Position numbers and translations under genes: made by a program. From the human T2T-CHM13v2.0 reference genome, Homo sapiens, in assembly GCF_009914755.1 (NCBI RefSeq), contig NC_060930.1: 64,000 nucleotides of DNA, one strand, 5' to 3'. Below the pieces are notes generated by a model, which searched no databases, was not told the origin of the DNA, and worked only from the letters and a program-made list of their open reading frames with translations. This document shows, piece by piece, positions 37,377 through 54,844 of the stretch. Numbering within the stretch: the stretch's first letter is position 1; every line of letters starts with the position of its first letter.

Positions 37377-38065
37377 CTAAAGAAAAAAATAAAGAAAATG
37401 AAGCTATTGGGTTTATTTATTATTTATTTATTTATTTATTGCCTGTTTGCTTGTATTTTAGGGAAAGAAGGGCCACACAACGGAAAGATATTTAAGGATG
37501 TAAATCATTATATTCTCATTAACTTACTGTGTTCTCTCTCTATTGGGAATAAAGTAATATTTAAGACTAAATTAACTAATATGAGCAAATTTTGATTAAC
37601 TACATATATCACTTGATTCCAACATGCCATATATTTCCTCTTCCTGACTACATGTATCAATGTATACTAGACTTTGGTATATATGTGTTTATGTACATTA
37701 CATTATAGTTTAAGGCATATTTTAAATTCAATCTTGAATGGAAACTCAGTTTTATTGGATGAAATAATAACCAAATTTAGGAAGGCAATCCCATCCTAAC
37801 ATTTAAGACAGTTAATGAATTAACTGAGATTAATTCATTAAAACACAAATATTTATTGAGATATTTATGTGTTGGTTTCTAGTCTTGGCATTTAGTATGT
37901 CAGTATACAAAACTGTAAAACAATCTCTGTCTACATATTATGCTACACTTTACCATTTTATTGAGTTATACTAAAGTTTACTATTTTATAATCTATTAAT
38001 CATTAGCACTTAACACTGATAATTCACCTTAAAAATGCTACACTCAAGCCAGGCACAGTGGCTCA

Positions 38066-38346
<281 letters not shown>

Positions 38347-38520
38347 CTACACGTAAATTCTAAACACATGCTGTTGAATCTATCTCATACAAGAAATCAG
38401 GGGCGGGCACGGTGGCTCATGCCTGTAATCTCAGCACTTTGGGAGGCCAAGGCAGGCGGATCACGAGGTCAGGAGATCAAGACCATCCTGGCTAACATGG
38501 TGAAACCACCGTCTCTACTA

Positions 38521-38736
<216 letters not shown>

Positions 38737-40003
38737 TTATTAACATAATTCATCAGTTACATTACGAAACTGGACTTATTAAGGTTGCAGTCTGTAAAAC
38801 TATAACCTTTGCAAACCTTAGTTTGCTAATACTAAGCTTCTTTATTTTTTAAAAGCATTTGTAGAGAATGCTCAAGTTTATCAGACCCTAACTTATTAAG
38901 GCATTCCTTTTCAAAAGCATGCAAACCAGTTAACATGCAAACAACCCTCACATACATATCACCCCACCACCATCAGACAAGCATGAACTACCCAGTTTAA
39001 ACAAACAGTGACTTTTGGCCTCTTGCTGCTACTCTGACCAGCAAGCACCAGCTGCAGCCCCCGGGAGCTTGTTAGAATAAAGCAGCTCTGCCCATCCCAA
39101 GCCAACACAATCAGAATCTACATTTTAACAAGATCACCAGGTGAACTGTATTACATTCTAGGAGCATTGTTTCAAAACCATGCCACCAGAAGTTATTAAT
39201 CTGAAGTTAGATTAACTTTGAAGGCAAGACAATGAGGTACCTGAAGTTCCCGTAAAGAGCAGGCTTAGGAACTTCTGTTCCTTACTAATCTACAACAATC
39301 AACAATTTAAGAATTGATGAACCAACAGCTTATACAACATGTAGATTTTTTTTCCTCTTCTTTATCATTCTGTACCTTTCTCCTTTACCACAAAGTGAGC
39401 AGAAATGGAATGAACCATTTTTTAATTATTCTTTCATTAACTTTTTTTTTCCAAAGGAAAAAGGTAATCTAGCAGAAGTTATTAACATCTGAAATGTTAA
39501 GGGTCTAAAACTGAGCATTAGTTATGAAATATACTTAAGCATAGATATTTCAAGAACCCCTTGCTAATTCCCATGTATCCTTTTCTTATACAAATTTTCT
39601 TTTAGTCACTGCTGGTTGTTTGGTTGGTTGCAAAAGAAAAAGAAAAATTTTATTTTAGAACTAATTCATGAAAAAAAAAAATGGATGTAAAGTAAACCCT
39701 AATCCAAGAAGCTATGAGCAGAGATAAATTCCTAAAAGAAATATCAGGCTACTTTCTTAGAATTGCGATGACTTTTCTCATTCTGTTGTAGTCACAAAAT
39801 CATTTTTAAGGTAGAAAAGCAAGCGGGCACTCTAGGAGGGAATATTCTTAGGCTTGGATTGGCATCTAATATATCTGGAATGCTAGATGAGAATTCAGGC
39901 AACTTGGAATAAACTGTAATTTTTCTAAACTGTAAAGGCAGGAATGGTAGCAGCTTTCTACTTGACAAATCATAAAAACAATTAGATTACCTACCTCTAG
40001 TAG

Positions 40004-40246
<243 letters not shown>

Positions 40247-41516
40247 TAGCCAGGATGGTCTCGATCTCCTGACCTCGTGATCCGCCTGCCTTGGCCTCCC
40301 AGAGTGCTGGGATTACAGGCGTGAGCCACCGTGCCCGGCCATAGCTTGACCTCTTAAATAGCTGCTATGAAGCTAAGACAATAATTGGACATAGTATTTT
40401 CTCCAAACATTACTTCTGGAAAAGTTCAATTTGATAACAATAATGGATATGTTAGTCTAAAAGTTTCCAGAAGAAGTCATCACAACATGCCTATTGTTCT
40501 TAACTCCTGCAATAGAGAAGGCCTAAAAAGCTGTGCAATACAAAAGGTGAAAAATCATATTTAAAAACTTACATACATCACCCCTTGTGTAGGCCAAATA
40601 GAAGCATGTTTGCTCATGTGAACAGTTAAACATCAAGGGCAGATAATGAGGTCACTGAAGTTCCTGTAAAGAGCAGGCTTAGGAATTTCTGTTCCTTGCT
40701 CATCTACAACAACCAACAATTTAAGTAAGAACTGATGAGCCAGCAGCTTATTGATCATGTAGATTTTTTTTTTCCTTTTACCATTCAGTAACTTTCACTT
40801 TTACCACAAAGTGAGCAGAAATGAGATGAACCATTTTTTAATTGTTATTTTCATTAGCTTCTATTTCCAAAGGAAGCTAGGCTACTAGCTGAAATGAAAA
40901 TCTGGATTTAGCACATCCTTATTCTGTATCATCACAGGTAGCAGAGTTGATTTAACAGAGCAATTACACAAGCATAATGGTTAGTTAAGATGATTTTAAG
41001 CCAATATCTATAATCCATGGCCAGTGGCCTCAATGTAGCTTACCTTGTTTGGATCCATTATAATGACAGTAGGATATCATGAGCTACCAAAAGTAGGCTT
41101 CTTTAAAACCAAAAAAAAAAAAAAAAAAAAAACCCAATAAAAAGAACTCTTCAAATATTCTCCAAAGCAAAGATGAGTGAGGTTATATCATTCTACATTT
41201 AGTATTAAAAAGGCAGTATCACCAAACAAATTGAAGGCAACTTTGCAGACGTTGAGCAAAACCTACTTAAACAACCACCCCCAACTACAGAAAACTCTCC
41301 CCCTCTCCCCATGAAGGTGTAGCTTCCACTATGTACCCATACAATGTGTAGAATAAAAGCATCAAAGCAGACCATAGGCCTCCAAGAAGGCCACAACCAA
41401 GCAACAAAGAGCATCAACTAGCCACAGTTAAACCCAAGCCATAACTTAAATGCTTTCAATTAGTAACAGTTACATTTTCTTTTTCACTTGTTTGGTCATA
41501 AAATCTTGCCCCTTCA

Positions 41517-41547
41517 ATGAGTCAGCAGTGACTCATAAGCACTTCCT
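41517..41547. promoter_or_regulatory. Paired AP-1/ARE plus ETS site, candidate enhancer
   Basis: ATGAGTCAGCAGTGACTCAT (inverted AP-1 pair; first is a full TGAGTCAGCA ARE) followed by ACTTCCT. Confidence 0.55.
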
Positions 41548-42254
41548 ACAAGAAGCACCCGCTTTTAGGCCCATCCCTTCCAGCCGAAGTGCTGAGACCC
41601 AGGATTGATTTTAGCTTCATCCTTGCTGATGCTTGAGTTTAATCACTTGTCTCTCTCATACTGGATATCCATGTTGGCCAGCAGTTACTCTGCAAAGTAG
41701 TGGTCTGCTGCTGTGCAGTGAGGAGGCAAATCCACAAAGGGGCACCAGGAGTAGTAGACAATTGGGAAGGAAATGCCATTTTTCTCTCTTCGCTCTTGTC
41801 CACTATAGCTCTGCCTCTTTGACTCCTCATCATAAGGTCCCAGCCTTTACAACTATGCCTCCTCCTGTACCAGCAGAGTCTCCTCTCAAGGTTTGGTTTT
41901 GGTTTACAAACAAAGAGGAACTGACTTTTTGCCTACACCACTAACTTTAGAACAAGGTCCTTTGAAAAGTATCCAAAACTGAGGTCGGGAGTTCGAGACC
42001 AGCCAGACCAACATGGAGAAACCTCGTCTCTGCTAAAAATACCAAATTAGCCGGGTGTGGTGGCATATGCCTGTAATCACAGCTACTCGGGAGGTTGAGG
42101 CAGGAGAATTCCTTGAACCCAGGAGGCGGAGGTTGTGGTAAGCTGAGATCGCACCAATTGCACTCCAACCTGGGCAAAAAGAGCAAAACTCTGTCTCAAA
42201 AAAAAAAAGAAAATCCAAAACTGAGATGGAGAGGAAAAAACGCGACAGTTCTGA

Positions 42255-42512
<258 letters not shown>

Positions 42513-43191
42513 TAAAGAAAAGAACAAGAAAAGTGCAGTGGTTAGTTTTACATGAGATCCAAACAAAACAGGTCAGATCACTTGTTTCAATTTCTCCAGC
42601 AATTTTCCACTGAAAACTTCCTATATATGGAAGGAATATAGAAAAAGAAAAGAGGAAATGTTTAAGGAGTGATGTCAGACAAAAGAGAAGGAGGCTGAGA
42701 CGAGCAAGCAGGGAGGGCAAATTTTAAATTCTGGCAAATAGTCACTGCTAGACATGTCTGAAAATACCATCAAAAATTCTGCCAGGTTCACGGCCAACCT
42801 GAACTCACCCTTGGTGTATTTTCCCTCTATAAGGCAGTCTTTTGGGTCCAGATTGGCTCCTTGTTGACCTAAATTCAAAAGCTGTAAAAAAACGAACAAA
42901 GGATGAGTGATACCTTGCAGAAATGGTGTTACCGAAACCCAGAGTGTCACTTACTGGCGTCATAAATAATGAAGGACTAATAAATAATACATGGAAAAGA
43001 AAAGACCCTCGTCATTGTCACTTCATGTTTTCCTCACATTTTGTATCCATAAAGCCAGGCACAAATTGAATGAATATTTATTGAAAGGATGAATGGACAT
43101 TTATAGGAGGTTTCACAATTCCTTATTTCCCTCAACAACTTTTATGTTATGCAAATGTTTTCTGTGTTTGAAAAAAAATACTTTAAAATGA

Positions 43192-43510
<319 letters not shown>

Positions 43511-43782
43511 TAGCCAGGATGGTCTCGATCTCCTGACCTAGTGATCCACCCTCATTGGCCTCCCAAAGTGCTGGGATTACAGGCGTGAGCCACCGCGCCT
43601 GGCCTCAGAAAAATCACTTTTATGGACTCAGATCAAGATGGTGCTTTCTCTGGGGGATTATGCCAAAATAGGAATGTGACCTGAAGGGAGAAGGAAGTGC
43701 ACTTTAAAAACAGACCTTCGGCCGGACGCGGTGGCTCACGCCTGTAATCCCAGAACTTTGGGAGGCTGAGGCGGGTGGATCA

Positions 43783-44046
<264 letters not shown>

Positions 44047-44208
44047 TTAGAAGGCTGAGGTGGGAAGATTACATGAGGCCAGGAGTTTTAGATTAGACTG
44101 GGCAATGGTGCAAGACCCCCATCTCTCCAAAAACAGTTTTTAAATAGCCGGGTGTGTTGGCATGCACCTGTCATACTAGCTACTCAGGAGGCTGAGGAGG
44201 GAGAATCA

Positions 44209-44337
<129 letters not shown>

Positions 44338-44350
44338 TCAACAGCTATAG

Positions 44351-44774
<424 letters not shown>

Positions 44775-44965
44775 TAAATTTCCTTTTGGAAATATTTGTT
44801 GCTTAGGATTTTAAACGATTTGCAGATTAAAAGCTTCAGATTAGCTGTCATGGTTTCCCCTCCTCAACTTGGTGGGCTTGGAGTCAGGACTTTCAATTTA
44901 AAGAACGTGAGTACAATTTAGTGATTCTTTAGCAGAGAATGCTATTTATTTATTTATTGAGATAG

Positions 44966-45220
<255 letters not shown>

Positions 45221-46398
45221 TGAGCCACTGCACCCTGCCTATTTATTTTTTTAAAGACAGGGTCTCGCTCTGTAGCCCAGGCTGGAGTGCAGTGGTACAA
45301 TCAGAGCTCGCTGCAGCCTTGAACTCCTGGGCTTAAGGGATCTTCCCACCTCAGCCTCCTAAGTAGCTGGGACCACAAGCACACACCACCACGCCCAGCT
45401 AATTTTATTTTTTGTAGAGATGGGGTCTTGGTACATGACCAGGCTGGTCTCTAACTCCTGGGCTCAAGTGATCCTCCTGCCTCAGCCTCCCAAAGTACTG
45501 GCACTACAGGTATGAGCTCACTGCACCTGGCCTCCTTTCTTTAGATGAAATACATTCTTCTGTACAAAAGGCCAGGTGACAGAAGGTACTGTAAAATGTG
45601 CACTGGAGACAAAAATACATAGACCTAAGGTTGCAAAGGAACAAACTGTGTCCTCAAATAATTGCAATATCTAGGTAGGATCTTGCAGAGATGAAGAGGA
45701 GGCCAAGGAATAGGATTTAAAGCCTCCACTGTTAGTAACTAAGTGCAGGAAATGATAGCACTATTTATTTATTTATTTATTTTTTTTTTAAATGTATTTA
45801 TTTATTGAGTGCCCACACTATGCTGTGCACCTTGCTGGGTGCCTTCCATGCATTTTTTTTTATCCTTATGAGGACTCTTTTAGGGAATAAAAGAGAAGGG
45901 TTATTAAGTATGCTCAAGGTCATACCAAATAGTTGACAGAAATGGGCTTTGAACACAGGTCTGACTGATTTTTAAAAACTCTAGTTCTTCCGTTAGCCAG
46001 GTGACACTCTAGAGCTTCCCACAGGCAATGGGCAGGTGGAGAGGGTGGAGCCTGAGATATTTATGGAAGCTGCCGAGCTAACTGGAATCCCTGACTCTTC
46101 TCACCTAGGTATGTGTAGCTGCTTTTCCGTTAGCGCCTTGGCAGGATTTCAGGAGCAGAGTAGGGACTCTGCTAACCAGATCAGTGTACTGGGTGATGTG
46201 CTCTTGGGCCCCAGACACTTGTGAACTCCTTTCTTTGTATAGCTGCCAGATAACATTCAAAACACTCCATTAAGTTTGAATTTCAGATGAACAATGAATA
46301 ACTTTTTGTATATGTCCTCAATATTGCAAATATGGCATGAAGCAATTAATTTGCTAAACCTGGCAATGCTACTTCTTTGCCCTATTTCAAAATGGCTT

Positions 46399-46402
<4 letters not shown>

Positions 46403-46441
<39 letters not shown>
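46403..46441 (+). repeat. (TA)n microsatellite at an Alu tail
   Basis: ~19 TA units followed by T-run of a minus-strand Alu; smaller TA run at ~36442-36469. Confidence 0.95.
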
Positions 46442-46807
<366 letters not shown>

Positions 46808-48042
46808 TAGCCAGGGCGGTCTCGATCTCATGACCTCGTGATCCGCCCGTCTCGGCCTCCCAAAGTGCTGGGATTATAGGCGTGAGCCACCGTGCCTGGC
46901 CTTAAATTAGAATTAGCAAGTAGTTGTGTGCACTGGAGTGACTTGCAGTCTACACATGCTCTTTAGCTTGGAGTTACTGGAATTGTAAGAAACTCTGAAC
47001 CACAAGCACGTCTCTTCTTCCACCCTGACCCCACCAAGCTGTTAAATGGTTTGTCAAGGGATGTCACTCTTATTCATTGTATTAGTTTCCAGTGCAGCAA
47101 ACATAAATCTTATGTCCACAACTTATGTGGTATGCCGTAAATGTAAATTGATATTCTTTTTTTTTTTTTCCCTGGAGACAGGGTCTCCCAGGCTGGAGCA
47201 CAATGGTGCAATCTCAGCTCACTGGAACCCCACCTTCCAGGCTCAGTCAGTCCTCCCACCTCAGCCTCCCAAGTAGCTGGGACTACAGACACCACCACAC
47301 CCAGCTAATTTTGCATTTTTGTAGAGACGGGGTTTTGCCATGTTGCCTAGGCTGGAATTGATATTCTTTAACTCAACAAAATTTCTGTTTCAAAACCCCA
47401 TTATTATTATTATTATTATTTTTGAGACAGAGTCTCACTCTGTCGCCCAGGCTAGAGTGCAGTGGCGTGATCTCCACCTGCCAGGTTCAAACGATTCTCC
47501 TGCCTCAGCCTCCCCAGTAGCTGGGATTACAGGCACCCATCACCATGCCTGGCTAATTTTTTGTATTTTTATAGAGACAGGGCTTCACCATGTTAGCCAG
47601 GATGGTCTCGGTCTCCTGACCTCGTGATCCACCTGCCCCAGCCTCCCAAAGTGTTGGGATTACAGGCATGAGCCACGGCACCTGGCCTACAACCCCCCAT
47701 TGTTTTTAAGAGGTGGCAGAATATAACCTCAGTCAAGTCAGGGTTCACTGTCCCTGTCCCTTTTCCTAGAATTGTTCCCAGAGCTCACATAGTGCTATGT
47801 ATGTGTGTGGTGGGTGGGGCGGGGGCTGGGGGGCGGGGGGAGCTTCCGTTCTTTGCTGTCCTCTGTGAAAATTATTACCGAGCCCCTCTCATTCCTGTCC
47901 ATGTGGCCCCTTCAATCCAGGTGCTTTCTATTCTTCCCTATTCTACTCAGGCGCAAGCATCATCCTATTGTTTCTGTTCCATGCTAAGCCTTCAAACCCT
48001 TCTTGCACAGTGTAGCCAACTCTCTCCAGATTTTTTTTTTTT

Positions 48043-48161
48043 AAGTCTACAGCACCCGGTATTCCCAGGAGATCTCCCATCCAAGCACTTACCAGGCCCA
48101 GCCCTGCTTAGCCTCCAAGATCAGATGAGATCAGGCACATTCAGGGTGGTGTGCCCTGTAC
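48043..48161 (-). pseudogene. 5S rRNA retropseudogene (full length)
   Basis: Reverse complement matches 5S rRNA along its length (…CTACAGCACCCGGTATTCCCAGG…TCCCATCCAAG…CCCTGCTTAGC…TCAGGGTGGT) with scattered substitutions; poly(A) tail seen as T-run 48031-48042. Confidence 0.95.
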
Positions 48162-48286
48162 CTCTCTAGGTTCTTACTGCTCCACTGGAGTTCTTGAGGA
48201 GTGAAGCAGGGTCTGTTCTGCCATTTAATCCTACAAACTATCTCTCCAGGGCTCTTCTTCCAGGGAAAGGCACACAGTCCCTCTAG

Positions 48287-48963
<677 letters not shown>

Positions 48964-51900
48964 TGATTTGATTAACTTCTACCTTTCCATAGTAGTCCAC
49001 CAGTCTGGCATCTGCATTAGATAGGAATAATTGATTGATTGATTGATTGATTCGAGACAGGGTCTTGCTCTATTGCCCAGGCTGGAATACAGCAGTGCCA
49101 TCACAGCTCTCTGCAGCCTTGACCTCTTGGGCTCAAGTGATCCTCCTGCCTCAGCCTCCTGAGTAGCTGGGACTACAGGTGTGTGCCACCACACCCAGCT
49201 TTTTTTTTTTTTTAATTTTTAGTAGAGACAAGGTTTCACTGTGTTGCCAAGGCTGGTCTCAAACTCCTGGCTTCAAGTAATCCATCCACCTCAGCCTCTC
49301 AAAGTATTAGGATTACAGGTGTGAGCCGCTGCACTTGGCCTAGATGAGAAATACTTAAAGCATAGGTTCTCAGGCTACACTCTAGACCTACAGATTCTCT
49401 AGAGTTGAACTTACAAATCTGTCTTTTAACAAACTCCCAGTATTTTGCTTATGTACTCAGTTGCACTGGTCCTCCGACTTGGTTTTGGCTAAAACTCCCT
49501 GAAAGTCACTTTCTTTCCCACATCTTCTGTCTTTTTTTCTGTTTCTTTCTTACCCCAGTAGTGGTAACATCCAGTTAGAGTCCCTTCCATATAACCAAAA
49601 TCTGGTGTGGAGTTCTGTATCCATTTCTCAAAGGGAAGATAAGGTGGAGGGCAAGAGGATGTTCATGTGTCTTGTTTACTCTTACCCATTTTTTAGCCTT
49701 ATTTATTTATTTATTTATTGAGACAGAGTTTCGCTCTTGTTGCCCAGGCTGGAGTGCAATGGTGCGGTCTCGGCTCACTACCACCTCCTGGGTTCAAGTG
49801 ATTCTCCTGCCTCAGCCTCCTGAGTAGCTGGGATTACAGGCATGCGCCACCACGCCCGGCTAATTTTGTATTTTTAGTAGAGAGGGGGTTTCTCTATGTT
49901 GGTCGGGCTGGTCAGGCTGGTCGCAAACTCCCAACGTCAGGTGATCCGCCTGCCTCGGCCTCCCAGCGTGCTGGGATTACAGACGTGAGCCACCGCGCCT
50001 GGCCTTTTAGCTCATTTTTATCATCCTGTTCATGCTCCAAGTTGAAAATCATAATCTAATCCACCAAACAAGCCCATCTGAAGAGCGTATCTTCAACCTG
50101 TGTCAGATGCAAAAATATTTTGCAGCAGCCAGAAGTGGTGGCGGGCACCTGTAATCCCAGCTACTTGAGAGACTAAGGCAGGAGGATTCCTTGAGCCCAG
50201 GAATTTGAGGCTGTAGTGCGCTGTGATCACTCCTATAATAGTCACTGTACTCCGGCCTGGGCAACATACTGATGCATCGTCTCTTTAAAAAAAAGGGTTT
50301 TTTGTTTGTTTGTTTGTTTGTTTGTTTTTAAATTCTTGCCATTGAGCTTCAGAAAAAAACAAAAACTTCCAAGAGACCTAAATGCTGTTTGATTCTTATG
50401 GAGAATCATCAGCATATATAAACCTCCCAGTTTTTCAAGGTTTGGGGATACTTACAGAGGAAACAGACTAATCTATTTATATATCCCCAAAGTAGATAAA
50501 TTACATAGTAAGTTTTTTTTAGATTGCTCGCATGGATGTGTTTATTGTTAAACCCCAGCCTAATTTATTTGGAGAGAAGAGTTCACTCTCTTTTAAGTGA
50601 ATATGGCTAGGTAGGCCATGTTTGGCTGCCAATATCTTCAACCTATTTTATTCCAAAATGAGGTAGGAGTGCTGAGCTAAACTGGTGCCCTTAAGGGTTA
50701 CGTCCTAGAGACTAAAGATGCATTCACTGAAAGTCATTCATGAGCAATGATTGGGAAGACTCACCTGCTGGAATGGTTGTTGATATTTATAAGTCAGCAA
50801 TATTTCTTGACTTGACTCAACAAAAAGTCATGCATTGTTATGATGACATCAGCATACTAAAATACTACTCCATGTGAAATAACAAAGCAAAGAATATTAC
50901 AGCTGGGCATGATGATCACACTAGAAATCCTAGCACTTTGGGAGGCTGACGTGAGAGGATCACTTGGGCGCAGGAGTTCAAGACCAGCCTGGGCAACACA
51001 GTGAGACCTCACCTTTAATTAAAAAAAAATAATAATAATCAAAGCAAATTACGAACAAAGAAGAGGGGCAGGCTGAGCAGGAGGCAGAGAAATGAACTGT
51101 AGCCTAAGCAGGTTCCAGTAATTACCTCTTTTATTTTAAGAACTGAATATCTCGTTCCAGGCTCAAATTATCGAGAAGTACATCTTTTCCTTTAAAGTTG
51201 ATTAAGCAGCAGTATCTCTTCCAAGCTGAAAATATTATAACAGATGCCAACTGTCTGCAGAGGACTCTGCTAGATGCTGTAAATAAAGAAAACAAGTTTT
51301 CCTGCACAGAATGTCCTTTGTTTCCTAAAAGGTTGGTACAGAGTTGGAGTTAGAGACCAAAGAAATCACAGACTTCACAGGTTGAAAGGAACTATAATGT
51401 TCTCTTAGGCCAGTCCCACAAGTAATGGGTGAATTATTCCTTCTGCTTCCCCTCTGAGCGCCCATTGGACTTGGGCCTTATAGCTCCGGAAATGCAGATC
51501 TGTGCTTCCTGACGGGTGGAGAGCAGTCCTGGCTGGTAGCAGCTGTGTCTGAGTGGGAGTCGGCAGGAGGGAGGGCGCCATGGGAACAGCTTGCATTAGG
51601 CTGCTTGCTGCTCCTGGCTGAGCCCTGGGGGCGTGCTCTGGGGACTTGGCCTGGATGGACTTGAACCTTAGGCAGACTTTATCAGCAAGTGCTCCCTTGG
51701 CTAAAAAGCTGATTTCTCATACTATTTGCATTGTTTTAGGTATTTCTACTTTAGACAAAAGAACTTGTTCTTTGTGACGCTTTGTCCAGGTGGGAATCTT
51801 TTTTTTTTTTTATTTTATTATTCATTCATTCACTTAATAAATTTTCATCGAGTTACTCCTGTTTCATTAAAGGCAACTGAGGGTTGGGCAGGCGGCGCAA

Positions 51901-51974
51901 AGGCAGGTGGCGGTGGCTCATGCCTGTAATCCCGGTACTTTGGGAGGCTGAGGTGGGTAGATCACCTGATGTCA

Positions 51975-52272
<298 letters not shown>

Positions 52273-52298
52273 TCAGGAGATCGAGACCATCCTGGCTA

Positions 52299-52529
<231 letters not shown>

Positions 52530-52854
52530 TTAAATACTCAAAGTCACAATTTTGTGACTAAGTGACAGAATGGACATCTCCTGACTCAAATTCCAGTGTG
52601 TTTTATACTATTTTGGGGGTGGTATTACATTATTTTCATCGAGTAGTTTTTAAAAAACTCAATATTGTTTATTAAAGTACATCTCTGGCCGGGCGCGGTG
52701 GCTCATGCCTATAATCTCAGCACTTTGGGAGGCTAAGGTGGGTGGAACGAGGTCAGGAGTTAGAGACCAGCCTGGCCAACAGGATGAAACCCCGCCTCTA
52801 CTAAAAATATAAAAATTAGCTGAGGGTGGTGGCGTGCACCTGTAGTCCCAGCTA

Positions 52855-52975
<121 letters not shown>

Positions 52976-53450
52976 TTAATAAAGTACTTCTCCTATTTCT
53001 CTTTCATTGACAGCACTAGGATGACACAGATGCAGAAAGGACAAAAGGGAACTGACAGACACTGAAATTTTGTAATACACCAGGTTCAATATCAGACACC
53101 TTATATGTAGCATCTCATTCAATTTTCACAATCATCCTATAAAATAGTATGTACTATTGCTCCCATTTTTCTTCTTTTTTTGTTTTCATTTTTTTCCTCC
53201 CATTTTACAGATAAGGAAATTAGGGCTTAGAAAGGTTAAATAGGCCAGGTGCAGTGGCTCACGCTTGTAATCCCAGCACTTTGGGAGGTGAAGGTGGGAG
53301 CGTTGTGTGAGGCCAGGAGTTCAAGACCGGCCTGGGCAAGATAGTGAGACCATCTCATCTCTACAAAAAATAAAAATTTAAAAATTAAAATACATTTGTT
53401 AAAAAGATTAACTTGCCCAAGTTCACCTAGGTGTCAAGTATTAGAGGTAG

Positions 53451-53567
<117 letters not shown>

Positions 53568-54366
53568 TGAGTAGCTGGGACTACAGGCGCCCGCTACCAG
53601 GCCCGGCTAATTTTTTTTTTTTTTGTATTTTTAGTAGAAACGGGGTTTCACCGTGTTGGCCAGGATGGTCTCAATCTCCTCCTGACTTTGTGATCCGCCC
53701 GCCTCGGCCTCCCAAAGTGCTGGGATTACAGGCGTGAGCCATCGTGCCCGGGACTAGAGCTGGGTTTTGAATCGAGTTCTTTCTTACCCAAAAGTCATTA
53801 AATATACTGCCTCCCATGCCCCTAAGCAAGATAAACTGGATATCTAAATGCCCACTTAATTCCAATTAGCTCTGCTCAAATTTTACATGTACTTCAAGGG
53901 AGAGCCTTTATACTGGCCTTTGATCCTGAGCTTAATTGACCAGGAGACACTGACAGTCCTATGTAAAAAAAAGTTAGTCAATTAACACTCGCATTTTTAC
54001 CTAGGCCCAAAAATAGCTGAAGGGGATTACTTGAACAAAATAAGTGAGAAGAAAAGGTTACTAGAGTTCCTATGATCTCTGACCTTCTGGAACCGCTCTG
54101 ATTGTTTCCAAATTTATGCTGTGAAAGTTAATTTTAGTTTTTCCCACCAGAGCTTTCATTCATTGATCTATGCACTTGAAGTCACATAGGATTCAAATCC
54201 TCTTCCATATGACAATGCTTCAAATTATTTGCAGTGGGCTTTCAAGTGTTCCTAGGGTTTGAGTGGGAGGTGTGGCATAGAGTTGGGTTACCGGCCTCTG
54301 ATGAAACATGGCATATTAATCACACACTTTTGTATCCTTTCCCCTCCAAAACCATGTATGTGATAG

Positions 54367-54564
<198 letters not shown>

Positions 54565-54661
54565 TGAGTAGCTGGGACTACAGGCGCCCGCCACCACGCC
54601 CGGCTAATTTTTGTATTTTTAGTAGAAACGGGGTTTCACTGTGTTAGCCGGGATGGTCTCA

Positions 54662-54778
<117 letters not shown>

Positions 54779-54844
54779 TCACTCTGTCGCCCAGGCTGGA
54801 GTGCAGTAGCACGATCTCGGCTCTTTACAACCTCAGCCTCCCAG

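Noticed and set aside
39300-39420. TGATGA kept in both duplicated copies as a C/D snoRNA box C
   Set aside because: No properly placed CTGA box D or terminal stem.
54060-54345. Further exon-like units upstream of 53958
   Set aside because: Implied introns under 40 nt and multiple stops; not counted.
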